Shown piece after piece: positions 19,522 through 28,419 of a stretch of DNA of 64,000 nucleotides (the first letter of the stretch is position 1; each line of letters begins with the position of its first letter). Below the pieces are notes generated by a model, which was given only the letters and a program-made list of their open reading frames with translations, ran no database searches and was not told where the DNA came from. The DNA is from Bradymonadia bacterium (lineage in GTDB: Bacteria > Myxococcota_A > Bradymonadia > UBA7976 > UBA1532): assembly GCA_046290225.1 (NCBI GenBank), contig JBKAGE010000075.1:128001-192000 (forward strand). Direction: 5' to 3'. The position numbers and the translations under genes are program-made.

Positions 19522-21639
19522 TTGGAGTACGCCACAGATCCCGAGACCCTGCCAGAGGAGGTGATCCGCGGAGTACTCAGCCAGTGGGCTGAGCTCGGCG
19601 CCCTCGTCGTGACTGGGGCTCAGGATGAAGCGCAGGCCATGACCGTGGCCAGGGGGCTGGTGCAGATCGCCTCCAGCACAGGGCTGGTCCTGCTGCTGTC
19701 GCCGAACACGATACAGGCGCGGGGTCACGTGGTCTTCGAGGCCCCGCTCCAGCAGCGCAACTACCTCCCTTATATTTTGTTTCGTCATGGCATCCGGCGA
19801 CTGAGCTTCGACAGTACGCTCACCTCCCTCCAGGCCCGGGCCCTCATCGATGGATACATCGCCTGTCTGAGCCCGGGTGGGGGCCAGCTCGACCTCTCGG
19901 AGGTCTGGAGCAGAGCTTCGGTGCAGAGCGTGCGCTGGCTCACGGTGAGCCCCCTCGGGGAGCGGGCGATCCTCGGCGAGCCCAAAAGCCTCGAGGCCAT
20001 GGGTACAATGCTCAAGCGCCTCACGGGGCTGGGGGAGCCTCTGGCAGACCGCCTCATGCCCTCGGTGACCCCTCTACAGGAAGATCCCTTCGAGACCGAG
20101 GCATTGCTGCCTGCAGAGGGACCCCAAATCGCCGAAGCGCTGATTCAGGCGGAGGAGCGGTCGTTCCCCGACGAGGTGGCCCACCTGGTGCACCTGCTGG
20201 CATGTTTCGCTCTGCGGGCGCCGTCCCCCCTCGGTGTGAAGGGTCTCAGCGCGCTGATCTCCCGATTGCTTGTAGAGACGGCAATTCGTCGCCACTGGAA
20301 CCAGTACGCCGCGGTGTGTCGAACCCTCCAGGCGCTGTGCGGGCTCAAGCAGACTCAGAGCAGTGCCGTGCTGTTTTCACTCGAGGCCGTGGAGAGGGCG
20401 CTGGTGAGCGCCGAGGTGATCGAGGCCCTGGCGCTGTATCTCGACGACGAGCGGGACTTCAACCTCTGGATCAGGTGGTTCTTCGCCACAGAGGAGTATT
20501 TCGAACTCGATGGGGTGGTGGAGACCCTCGCGGTGGTGCCAGAGGGCCCTGGGCGAAACTTCTTGCGCGACTTGCTCCATCAGCAAGGCCTCGGATCGCT
20601 GGAGCGCTGGTCGGAGCGTCTGAAGTCGGGGGCCATAGACGAAGCCTTCGAGCTGTTGCGACTGCTGGAAAAGGGGGCCCTCGGTGATGGGGGGACGGTG
20701 CTCCTGAGGCTGGCCCTTAGACACACCCACCGTGACGTGCGCACCCAAGCTGCTCAGGCCCTGGCCCGCCGTCGCCCCGGGCGCCTGGTGGACTGGCTGG
20801 TGCCCCTGCTTCACGATCCTGAGGCGATGGTGCGTCGAAGCGCAGCAAGAGGTCTCGTGGAAGCTGGAGGCCGTGAGGCCGCCGAGGCGTTGGGTCGATG
20901 CATCCTCGAGGATGTCTTCGAGCAACGCCCTGCGAGCGAGCGCCGCGCCCTCTGCGAGGCACTGGGCGCCCTCGGTGGCCCTGAAGCCATGCGCACCCTC
21001 AGTCACAAGATCAACCCCGTGGAGCATCCCTGGGCCGCGGACGATCCGCGATGGCCTGCGGTGTACGGTCTCGTGAGGCTGGGCCCGCCAGGCCGCATCA
21101 TGGTGGACCAGATCAAACGCCATGTGTCGACGCCAGAGTCAGAGGGTCGCCTGAGGCACGCCCTGTCCAGCATCCAGGAGCCCCCCTGGGTGGTGCCGTT
21201 GAAGGCGACCCCCTTCGAGGTGGAGCCGATCTCCCGGGATACCCTCGCCTTCATCGATGGGGAGCAGGCGATGGGCGAGGGGTTGATCTTCGATCCGCAG
21301 ACACTGGTGGATGCGGTGATTCCACCGCCGAAGATCCCTCGACAGGTCGAGGTCAGCCTCGAACACGTCATCGAGCCTGATTTGGCGAGCCTCGACGAGA
21401 TGGTCTTCGACGAGTCTGTCTGGGCCGTGGAGCAGATCACCCACGTGGAGCTTGAAGAAGAGGAGACCGCCGCCGAGGCAAGCCCGGGGCAGGGGGCTTC
21501 GGAGGTGAGCGCTCTGGTGAGTGCATATCTCGAGTCGGTGCAGACGCCTCGAACGGTGAAGAGGCCCGCTGAGCAGCCTGACGCGCAACAGAGCTTGCCC
21601 GACTTGTTGAAGTCTTTCCTGGAGCAAGTGGATGACTGA
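19522..21639 (+). CDS. HEAT-repeat protein
   Basis: TTG start with GGAGG 7 nt upstream. HEAT-like repeats (LRHTHRDVRTQAAQAL, LHDPEAMVRRSAARGL). Overlaps the next gene by 8 nt. Confidence 0.8.
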   Translation: MEYATDPETLPEEVIRGVLSQWAELGALVVTGAQDEAQAMTVARGLVQIASSTGLVLLLSPNTIQARGHVVFEAPLQQRNYLPYILFRHGIRRLSFDSTLTSLQARALIDGYIACLSPGGGQLDLSEVWSRASVQSVRWLTVSPLGERAILGEPKSLEAMGTMLKRLTGLGEPLADRLMPSVTPLQEDPFETEALLPAEGPQIAEALIQAEERSFPDEVAHLVHLLACFALRAPSPLGVKGLSALISRLLVETAIRRHWNQYAAVCRTLQALCGLKQTQSSAVLFSLEAVERALVSAEVIEALALYLDDERDFNLWIRWFFATEEYFELDGVVETLAVVPEGPGRNFLRDLLHQQGLGSLERWSERLKSGAIDEAFELLRLLEKGALGDGGTVLLRLALRHTHRDVRTQAAQALARRRPGRLVDWLVPLLHDPEAMVRRSAARGLVEAGGREAAEALGRCILEDVFEQRPASERRALCEALGALGGPEAMRTLSHKINPVEHPWAADDPRWPAVYGLVRLGPPGRIMVDQIKRHVSTPESEGRLRHALSSIQEPPWVVPLKATPFEVEPISRDTLAFIDGEQAMGEGLIFDPQTLVDAVIPPPKIPRQVEVSLEHVIEPDLASLDEMVFDESVWAVEQITHVELEEEETAAEASPGQGASEVSALVSAYLESVQTPRTVKRPAEQPDAQQSLPDLLKSFLEQVDD

Positions 21640-23020
21640 GGCTTTGCCCCCGAGCTTGAGCTCCGGAGACATCCCTCTGGTGCATCTGCACGGCCGCTCG
21701 GTGATCATGGCCCTCGCCGAGCTGTGCGGAGGTCGGGGCACCCCTGATCCACGTGTGGTGGCGCGGTTGATCCAATCCGCGCAGATGATCGAGCGCGATG
21801 GGCCGGTGCGGGTGATGGTGCACCTGAGGCTGCCCCGCATCAACGAGCAGGCCTTGTGGCTCACCGCAGAAGACATCGAGGTGCTGTCGCCACTGTTCGA
21901 GCGTCTGGAGGCTCGTCAGGCCGGTGGCTGGTCCATACCGCCTCACCTGACGATGGAGGCGGTGCGAGATCACTTCACCGCCCTGGTCACCGGTGAGCCC
22001 CTCCCAGAGGGGCCTCACCACATGCGGCTCTTGCCTCGCCGTCATCTCCCAGGGGAGATCCAGGCCCCACGGGGGGCCCAGGCGATCTGGGCGTTCTCAC
22101 AGGCTGTGGCAGAGACCGCCAGGGTGCTGAACCGCAGGCCCATAGACCTGCGTAGGGCCCGAAGGGTGGTGGCGCTGCTCAGAGATGTGCTTGAGATCGA
22201 GGGCGACTTCATGACCGCCCTTCTGCTCAAGCCACCACCAGGACCGAGCGTGAGCCGCCGTGCTGTGGAGACGGCGGCACTCACGTTGAAGTTCGCCAGA
22301 GCGCTCTCGCTGCCCTCGGAGACTGTCAACGCCCTGGGCCTCTCGGCTTTGTTGCACCCTGCCGGGCAGGCCTGGGTAGACGACATCCCGAAGGGCCTGT
22401 TCGACGCCGCTGAGCTGAGGCACACCCTGGCGCTGGCTCAGCTCTGGTCGCAGAGCCGCTGGACGCCGAGCTTGATGCGGCGTGTCTCCACTGCGGTGGA
22501 GCATGCTCTGGGTCCAGCGGGTCGAGGGGCACCCCGACTCGGCGGCGCTCCGCCCCCGCTCCACTGCAGCCGATTGCTGGCTCTGATCTCGCTGTGGCTG
22601 GAGCTTGTGCAGGGGTCGACCTTTGCGGATCCGGTGACGCCCTTCGAAGCGGGGCTCACCTTGTTGAGGCGCCCTCCGGCACACCTGGGTGGCGTCCTGG
22701 TGAACACCTTCATCGCCACTGTGGGCCTGATGCCCGTGGGGGCGATGATGGCCCTGGGGAACCATCACCTCGGGGTGGTGGTGGGGATCGATGGCTCGCC
22801 CCTTCAGCCTCAGGGGCTGAGCACCAGAGTGCGGGTGATCGACACACGCCACCAGCCCGAGCCAGACGAGATCCTGGTGTGCGAGGGGGCCTGGGGCCAT
22901 GAGCACCGACCGCTGCGTCGTCTGATCCTGGGCCCCGACTCCTGGCGCTGGCGGGCCCTGGTGCCTGACCAGGCAGCCATGAGCCGCGCCCTCGGTGTGC
23001 CTGAGTTTTCAGCCACTTGA
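21632..23020 (+). CDS. Degenerate HD-GYP-like protein
   Basis: HD-GYP layout is recognisable but altered: LSALLHPAG in place of LLHDIG, EHALGPAGRGAP in place of EHHExxDGxGYP, SRLLAL, FIATVGLMPVG. Confidence 0.6.
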   Translation: MTEALPPSLSSGDIPLVHLHGRSVIMALAELCGGRGTPDPRVVARLIQSAQMIERDGPVRVMVHLRLPRINEQALWLTAEDIEVLSPLFERLEARQAGGWSIPPHLTMEAVRDHFTALVTGEPLPEGPHHMRLLPRRHLPGEIQAPRGAQAIWAFSQAVAETARVLNRRPIDLRRARRVVALLRDVLEIEGDFMTALLLKPPPGPSVSRRAVETAALTLKFARALSLPSETVNALGLSALLHPAGQAWVDDIPKGLFDAAELRHTLALAQLWSQSRWTPSLMRRVSTAVEHALGPAGRGAPRLGGAPPPLHCSRLLALISLWLELVQGSTFADPVTPFEAGLTLLRRPPAHLGGVLVNTFIATVGLMPVGAMMALGNHHLGVVVGIDGSPLQPQGLSTRVRVIDTRHQPEPDEILVCEGAWGHEHRPLRRLILGPDSWRWRALVPDQAAMSRALGVPEFSAT

Positions 23021-23074
23021 GGCTGGGTGGGTTTTCTTCTTGACCCGAGGCGGAGCAGAGCAGACATCTGGGTT

Positions 23075-23626
23075 ATGTCGTTCTCCACTGCACCAGGCAT
23101 CCTGATCGCCGTCCCACAGCTCACCGATCCCAACTTCCATCGTTCGGTGGTGGTGATGATCGAGCACAACCACGAGGGGGCCGTGGGGCTGGTGATCAAT
23201 CAGCCCACCCAACATCGCAACGCCGAGATCACCCGCAACCTCGATCTGCACTGGCCGGGCGCTCCGGATGCGCGACTGCTCAAAGGCGGCCCCGTAGAGC
23301 CTCACAGTCTCTGGATTCTCCACGAAGATGGCTGGTGTTTCGAAGAGACGGTGCAGGTGTGCTCAGGGGTGGCGGTGAGCCGAAGTCGTGAAGCCCTGCA
23401 TCGCATGTGCAGGGCAGAAGAAGAGTGCATGTTGCTCGTGGTGGGGTATGCCGGCTGGAGCCCCGGCCAGCTCGAGAACGAGATCGCCCAGGGTGCGTGG
23501 ATCACCAGCGAAGCGAGCACCGATCTGGTGTTTCAGTGGCCCCGCGAAGATCTCTGGAGGCGTTCTCTGGGCATCATGGGGATCGATCCGGCTCACCTGG
23601 TCGAGGGCGGCCGGGTGCTCAACTGA
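23075..23626 (+). CDS. yqgE: YqgE/AlgH family (UPF0301) protein
   Basis: LIAVPQLTDPNFHRSVV, GAVGLVINQP, GGPV and GYAGWSPGQLENEI motifs. Confidence 0.9.
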   Translation: MSFSTAPGILIAVPQLTDPNFHRSVVVMIEHNHEGAVGLVINQPTQHRNAEITRNLDLHWPGAPDARLLKGGPVEPHSLWILHEDGWCFEETVQVCSGVAVSRSREALHRMCRAEEECMLLVVGYAGWSPGQLENEIAQGAWITSEASTDLVFQWPREDLWRRSLGIMGIDPAHLVEGGRVLN

Positions 23627-23636
23627 GCCTGACGGG

Positions 23637-24332
23637 TCAGATCTTCGGATGCAGCGCGCGGGCGGTGCCGTACTGGAGCGCGTGGCGAATGCGTACGGCG
23701 AGGGCGTCGCTGGCGGCGCCGAACTCGAGACCGAGTCGCTTGTATTCTCCGCTCTGATGCACTGAGCGTACATGGGCAGGCAGCTGCAATTGCTCCTGGT
23801 CGAAGCTGAGATGGACCACCAACGTTTCGCCGGCGCCGAGGGCCTCGGGCCCCGTGACCTTCACGCCTACACCCCCCATGGAGATGTCGAGCCCCTGAGC
23901 AGGGTAGAGATCACCGTCGTGTTCGAGGGTGATTTGTGCCCCGAGGGTGGAGTCCACCCGGATGCTCTCTCGCCCAGGCCAGAAGATGACCTGGGCTGGG
24001 CGCTCGAGCCTGAGCTGCCCGCCCTCGGTGCTCTGCACTCGACTGCGGAAGGCGGCATAGCGCAGCTCGCGGTGGTAGCTGATCGACACGGGCTGCCCCA
24101 GGCCAATGGAGAAAGGGCCTTCGGGGATCAGCGTCAGCGGCCCCTGATAGCGCACCACCTCGAGGCGCCCGTCATCGACGGCGAGCAGCACTTCTTTGCC
24201 CTCGAGGGCGGCGAGGATACGCTGCACCACCAGTGGCTCTCGGGATTGCTCCGCGCCATCGACGTTGTGCAGAAACGGATCAAAGCGATTGCGTCGGCTG
24301 CTCGAGTCGGCCATGGGCGCTCCCTGAGGCAT
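23637..24332 (-). CDS. PilZ-domain c-di-GMP receptor (YcgR-like two-domain layout)
   Basis: RESIR (RxxxR) and DISMGG (DxSxxG) motifs, RLGLEF near the C-terminus. Start may be 24314. Confidence 0.8.
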   Translation of the reverse strand: MPQGAPMADSSSRRNRFDPFLHNVDGAEQSREPLVVQRILAALEGKEVLLAVDDGRLEVVRYQGPLTLIPEGPFSIGLGQPVSISYHRELRYAAFRSRVQSTEGGQLRLERPAQVIFWPGRESIRVDSTLGAQITLEHDGDLYPAQGLDISMGGVGVKVTGPEALGAGETLVVHLSFDQEQLQLPAHVRSVHQSGEYKRLGLEFGAASDALAVRIRHALQYGTARALHPKI

Positions 24333-24439
24333 GAGAGAGGAGGTCGACGCCCGTCGAGTGAGGGCGTCGACCGTGCACTACAAAATGGGTCAACGGAAAT
24401 CGTGCCGATGCCCTTGAGACTGATTGAGCGTGTGACCTG

Positions 24440-25609
24440 ATGACTGTGAACCGAACCTGGTGTGAGGTCAACTCGACGGCCCTGGCGGCGAACATCGATG
24501 TCCTCAAGGGGCACCTCAGACCCGGCATCATGGTCGCACCGACGGTGAAGGGGGGTGCCTATGGTCACGGCATCCCTCTCGCTGCGCGGGCCTTCATCGA
24601 CGGGGGGGCCCAATGGCTCTGTGTCGACAGCCTCGATGAAGCCCGAGTGGTCCGGGATCACGGCATCGACGTGCCGATCCACGTGACGGGCTATGTGCCT
24701 CTTGACGATCTTGCCGAGGCCGCCGCCCTCGACCTGCGTTTGATCGTCTACACCCGGGAGACCATCGATCGTCTCGCCGCCCTCGACGTAGAGGCCCGCG
24801 TGCACTTGAAGCTCGAGACGGGTAATCACCGACAGGGTGTGTGTGGCGAAGAAGCCCTCGATCTTGCCGATCGTGTGCGTCGGGCGCCGCACTTGACCCT
24901 GGAGGGGGTGTCGAGCCACTTCGCCAACATCGAAGACACCACAGATCACAGCTACGCGCGCAGTCAGCTGGCCCGATTCGAAGCGGAGATCGCGGCCCTC
25001 GAGGCGGCAGGACACACCTTCGAGATGCGTCACCTCTCCAACAGCGCCGCGACGCTGCTCTGGGCGGGGCAGAAGCTCGAGATGGTGCGGGTGGGCATCG
25101 CCGCGTATGGACTATGGCCGTCTCGTGAGACCCGAGTGGCCACGCTGCTCACAGGCCAGACCCCCCTGGCGCTCACACCGGCCCTCACCTGGAAGACCCG
25201 AATCGCTCAGGTGAAGTGGGTGCCCGAGGGGGCCTACATCGGCTATGGCTGTACCCACCGCACCACACATCGCACGCGGCTGGCCATCCTCCCGGTGGGG
25301 TACTACGACGGTTATGATCGTGGGCTGAGCAACATGGCCCATGTGCTCATCGGCGGCCGCAGAGCGCCTGTTCGAGGTCGGGTGTGCATGAACATCACCA
25401 TGGTGGACGTGACGCACATCCCCGACGTGCACTTGGAGCAGGAAGTGGTGTTGTTGGGGCGGCAGGGTGATGAGGTGATCACCGCGAGCATGCTCGCCGA
25501 CTGGGCAGGGACCATCCACTACGAGATGATCACGCGCATCGCCGATCACGTTCCGAGAGTGGACTGCCCCGAGGATCTCAGCGGGGTGGGGGATCGAGGG
25601 CCAGCCTGA
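24440..25609 (+). CDS. alr: Alanine racemase
   Basis: VKGGAYGHG, HLKLETG, SHFA, SNSAA, VGYYDG, GRVCMN and GTIHYE motifs. Confidence 0.95.
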   Translation: MTVNRTWCEVNSTALAANIDVLKGHLRPGIMVAPTVKGGAYGHGIPLAARAFIDGGAQWLCVDSLDEARVVRDHGIDVPIHVTGYVPLDDLAEAAALDLRLIVYTRETIDRLAALDVEARVHLKLETGNHRQGVCGEEALDLADRVRRAPHLTLEGVSSHFANIEDTTDHSYARSQLARFEAEIAALEAAGHTFEMRHLSNSAATLLWAGQKLEMVRVGIAAYGLWPSRETRVATLLTGQTPLALTPALTWKTRIAQVKWVPEGAYIGYGCTHRTTHRTRLAILPVGYYDGYDRGLSNMAHVLIGGRRAPVRGRVCMNITMVDVTHIPDVHLEQEVVLLGRQGDEVITASMLADWAGTIHYEMITRIADHVPRVDCPEDLSGVGDRGPA

Positions 25610-27998
25610 AGCCGATGTCGTCTACCTGGGCCTCTCGATGCACGAACTGGCGGCTGGCCAGATGGCATGTGGCACGGTGACTGCGGAAGCTGCCGCCCTT
25701 GACCACTTGATGACGGGCATCTCGGGGGTGGGCGGTGGCGGTCCACTCCTTGATGCCCCCCACCATATCTCTCACCCCGTACGGGCTCTCGTCCTGAGGG
25801 TTGCCCACGGGGGCAAGTACACCGCCCTCAGGGCCTTCGGCACAGCTGCAGAAGGTGGGCTCCCAGGCATCGCCCCAGCTGTACGCGCGGCCTTCGGGGC
25901 CCCGAGCGGCTTTCTCCCACTCGTGCTCACGGGGCAAGCGCCAGGGCTGTCCGTCTATCTGTTGTCGCCAGCGACAGTAGGCCTCAGCGGAGGCGAGATT
26001 GATCCCAGTGACCGGCGTGGGGCCAGGCAGGGTGAAATACCAGCGACCACTGGTGCCCAGCTGCCAGATGCCGTCGAGATCGCTGCCCTTGGGCACATGC
26101 TCCGCAGCGCTCTGGGGGTCCTGCGTGTAGAGGGCGTTGAGGAAGTCTGCATACGCCGAGAGCGTCACCGGCTCTCGAGCCACCATACACGTCTCCACCC
26201 GCAAGCGCGCCCGGGGGCGGGCCGAGAGCTCACGGGCCGAGGCCCCGAGCATGGCGGGCCCACCAGGGATCAGCGCCATCTGCTCCGGCAAGGCCCCTAT
26301 GGGCCAGAGGGTGGGACGCAGCTCCACTGACTCCTGGCGGCCCACTTCGAAGGGCATGCGCAGGGTGTCGTACCCCTCGAGCTCCAACACAGCGAGGTAG
26401 ACACCTCGAGGCAACGGGTCGAGGGCCAGCGGCGTGGGACCACAGCGCTGGGGGTGCCCGGGGACCTGTCGGCGGCCCTCGTCGTGCACGCGGTAGAGCG
26501 TCATCTGCGCCCCAGGCGGATCACTCACCACTACGAGAGCACCCTGGCCCTCGAGGGCAGGTGACAGCGCCCCCTGAGGATCGTGCAGCGCCGCCAGGGC
26601 CTTGAACACCCCCATGGCGCTGTGATCCTGCAGGCGCTCTGCTTCGAGGAACCGGTACCAGTAGATGTCGCGCAGGCCCTCTCGGGCCTCGCGGTGGTCA
26701 GGCGACTCCGCGAGGATCTGGGCATAGCGGGAGACCGCGTGCTCAAAGGCTTGATCCACCTCAAGCCGGAGGCTCTTCAGATGATCCTCCAGGTGCCAGA
26801 TGCGCTCCACTTCGCTGTGCAGATCAGTGGGCAGGCGCTCCGACATGGCCTCGGCGAACTCTCGAGCGGCCCGTCGCCGGCGACGGGACAGGTCTCGAAA
26901 TTGCTGCATGGCCCGGTGCGCCTCGCGCAGGGTGTGTTGGGTGCCTCTCAGGCGGTGCATGCCCGTGCGGCTGCCCGGGGTCATCGCCGCCTCGATCTCG
27001 TCGCGGAGTTCCAGAGGTGTGGTGTATCGGGCTTCGGGATCCCGCGCCAGACATCGCAACACCACGGCATCAAGCTCAGGGGGGATCTCGCGCTCAGGGG
27101 CGGCCTCACTCGGCGGGGTCACCACGCTCTCGCGCACCCGGCGGAGGATCTCCTGCACCGAGTTGCCCGTGTGTGGGGGCTGACCCGTGAGGATCTCGTA
27201 GAGCACGGTGCCCAAACTGTAGATGTCGGAGTGCGGGCCGAGCACATCGATGAGCCCCATGGCCTGCTCGGGGCTCATATAGGCCGGGGTGCCGGTGATC
27301 TCGCCCATGCGGGTGCGATACGACTCGTCTTTGTTTCGACCGCCCACCATGGGCTCGGCGACGTCGGTGGTGATGATCTTCGCCAGGCCCCAGTCCATGA
27401 CGAAGACCTCACCAAACTCACCGAGCATGATGTTCTCGGGCTTGAGATCGCGATGGATCACCCCACGGTTGTGGGCATAGGCCACCGCCATGCAGACCTG
27501 GATGAACAGGTTGAGCAGTCGCACACGGCTGAAGCGGCTGACCAGCACAGGATCGCCATCGCGCACCCCGTCGAGGATGGCCTTGAGCGTGCGCCCTTCG
27601 ATGAGCTGCATGGTGAAGAAGGGCCGGTCGTCGTCGCCCATCCTGATCTCGTGCACGGGCACGATGGAGGGGTGGGCCAGCTGAGCGGTGATGCGGGCCT
27701 CTTCGAGGAATCGAGCGGCGGCACCGGGCACGGGGCCCTTGGGGTCGAGGATCTTGAGGGCTACGCGACGCTGAAGAGTGAGATCACGGGCGATTTGGAT
27801 GGCGCCCATATTGCCCCGGGCGAGATCGCTCTCGATCTCGTAGGCGGTCTGACGAGGCAGCTCGATGGGCAGCACGGCGTCGGCGTCCCAGCCCCGATCG
27901 CTCGAGGCATCGCTGAGCACCTCGGTCCCGCTGCCCGCGGCGACGCTCGGCGGCAGGGTCCCCTTGATGGTGGGGCGATGTCGATCGTGATCATCCAT
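25578..27998 (-). CDS. Hanks-type Ser/Thr kinase fused to PEGA-like and FGE/SUMF1-like domains
   Basis: Kinase motifs VALK, HRDLKPEN, DWG, GTPAYMSPEQ. PEGA-like SDPPGA. FGE motifs RLPREHEWEKAARG, SPYGVRDMVG, IGFR. Confidence 0.9.
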   Translation of the reverse strand: MDDHDRHRPTIKGTLPPSVAAGSGTEVLSDASSDRGWDADAVLPIELPRQTAYEIESDLARGNMGAIQIARDLTLQRRVALKILDPKGPVPGAAARFLEEARITAQLAHPSIVPVHEIRMGDDDRPFFTMQLIEGRTLKAILDGVRDGDPVLVSRFSRVRLLNLFIQVCMAVAYAHNRGVIHRDLKPENIMLGEFGEVFVMDWGLAKIITTDVAEPMVGGRNKDESYRTRMGEITGTPAYMSPEQAMGLIDVLGPHSDIYSLGTVLYEILTGQPPHTGNSVQEILRRVRESVVTPPSEAAPEREIPPELDAVVLRCLARDPEARYTTPLELRDEIEAAMTPGSRTGMHRLRGTQHTLREAHRAMQQFRDLSRRRRRAAREFAEAMSERLPTDLHSEVERIWHLEDHLKSLRLEVDQAFEHAVSRYAQILAESPDHREAREGLRDIYWYRFLEAERLQDHSAMGVFKALAALHDPQGALSPALEGQGALVVVSDPPGAQMTLYRVHDEGRRQVPGHPQRCGPTPLALDPLPRGVYLAVLELEGYDTLRMPFEVGRQESVELRPTLWPIGALPEQMALIPGGPAMLGASARELSARPRARLRVETCMVAREPVTLSAYADFLNALYTQDPQSAAEHVPKGSDLDGIWQLGTSGRWYFTLPGPTPVTGINLASAEAYCRWRQQIDGQPWRLPREHEWEKAARGPEGRAYSWGDAWEPTFCSCAEGPEGGVLAPVGNPQDESPYGVRDMVGGIKEWTATAHPRDARHQVVKGGSFRSHRATCHLASRQFVHREAQVDDIGFRLALDPPPR

Positions 27999-28025
27999 GG
28001 AGGAGCATCTTAGAGCACATTGGGG

Positions 28026-28394
28026 TCAGGGGTCAGACTTTCCTTGAGCGGGCTGACTCGACACCGCCGCTGAGGCGATCTCCGCAGCGGCAGAGCGCCG
28101 CCCGCAGCGGCGGCAGTGCACGCCCATGGGCAGGCGGCCTTGAGCCCACAGCTCCGTCTCTGTGGATCCACAGGCCGGGCATGGATGGCCTGGCAGCTCA
28201 GCAACGGGTATCCCGCCGACCTCTCGTACGGGCTTGACGATGGCGCGCCACATCCAACCCAGAGCCCCGATCATGGCGAGGTCGATGGTGACAGACAGCC
28301 AGGTGGGCGCGCCGAGAGGCCAGGGGGCGATGGCGACGAGCAGCAACAGCGGAAGTACGGCACACATGTGCTGGGAGCCTAACACGATCCTCAT
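28026..28394 (-). CDS. Small membrane protein with a putative Zn ribbon
   Basis: Two hydrophobic segments followed by CPACG...CRRCG; fills the gap between the kinase and lipase-like genes. Confidence 0.5.
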   Translation of the reverse strand: MRIVLGSQHMCAVLPLLLLVAIAPWPLGAPTWLSVTIDLAMIGALGWMWRAIVKPVREVGGIPVAELPGHPCPACGSTETELWAQGRLPMGVHCRRCGRRSAAAEIASAAVSSQPAQGKSDP

Positions 28395-28419
28395 CGGTGA
28401 TCGTGGTAGGCTGCCCCCC

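Noticed and set aside
25578..25609. 32-bp convergent 3' overlaps (alr/kinase; also 53053-53084)
   Set aside because: Short tail overlaps are common in GC-rich genomes; no evidence of function.
25578..25800. Diversity-generating retroelement target (FGE/C-type-lectin C-terminus)
   Set aside because: No template repeat or reverse transcriptase seen in the window; a remote DGR cannot be excluded.
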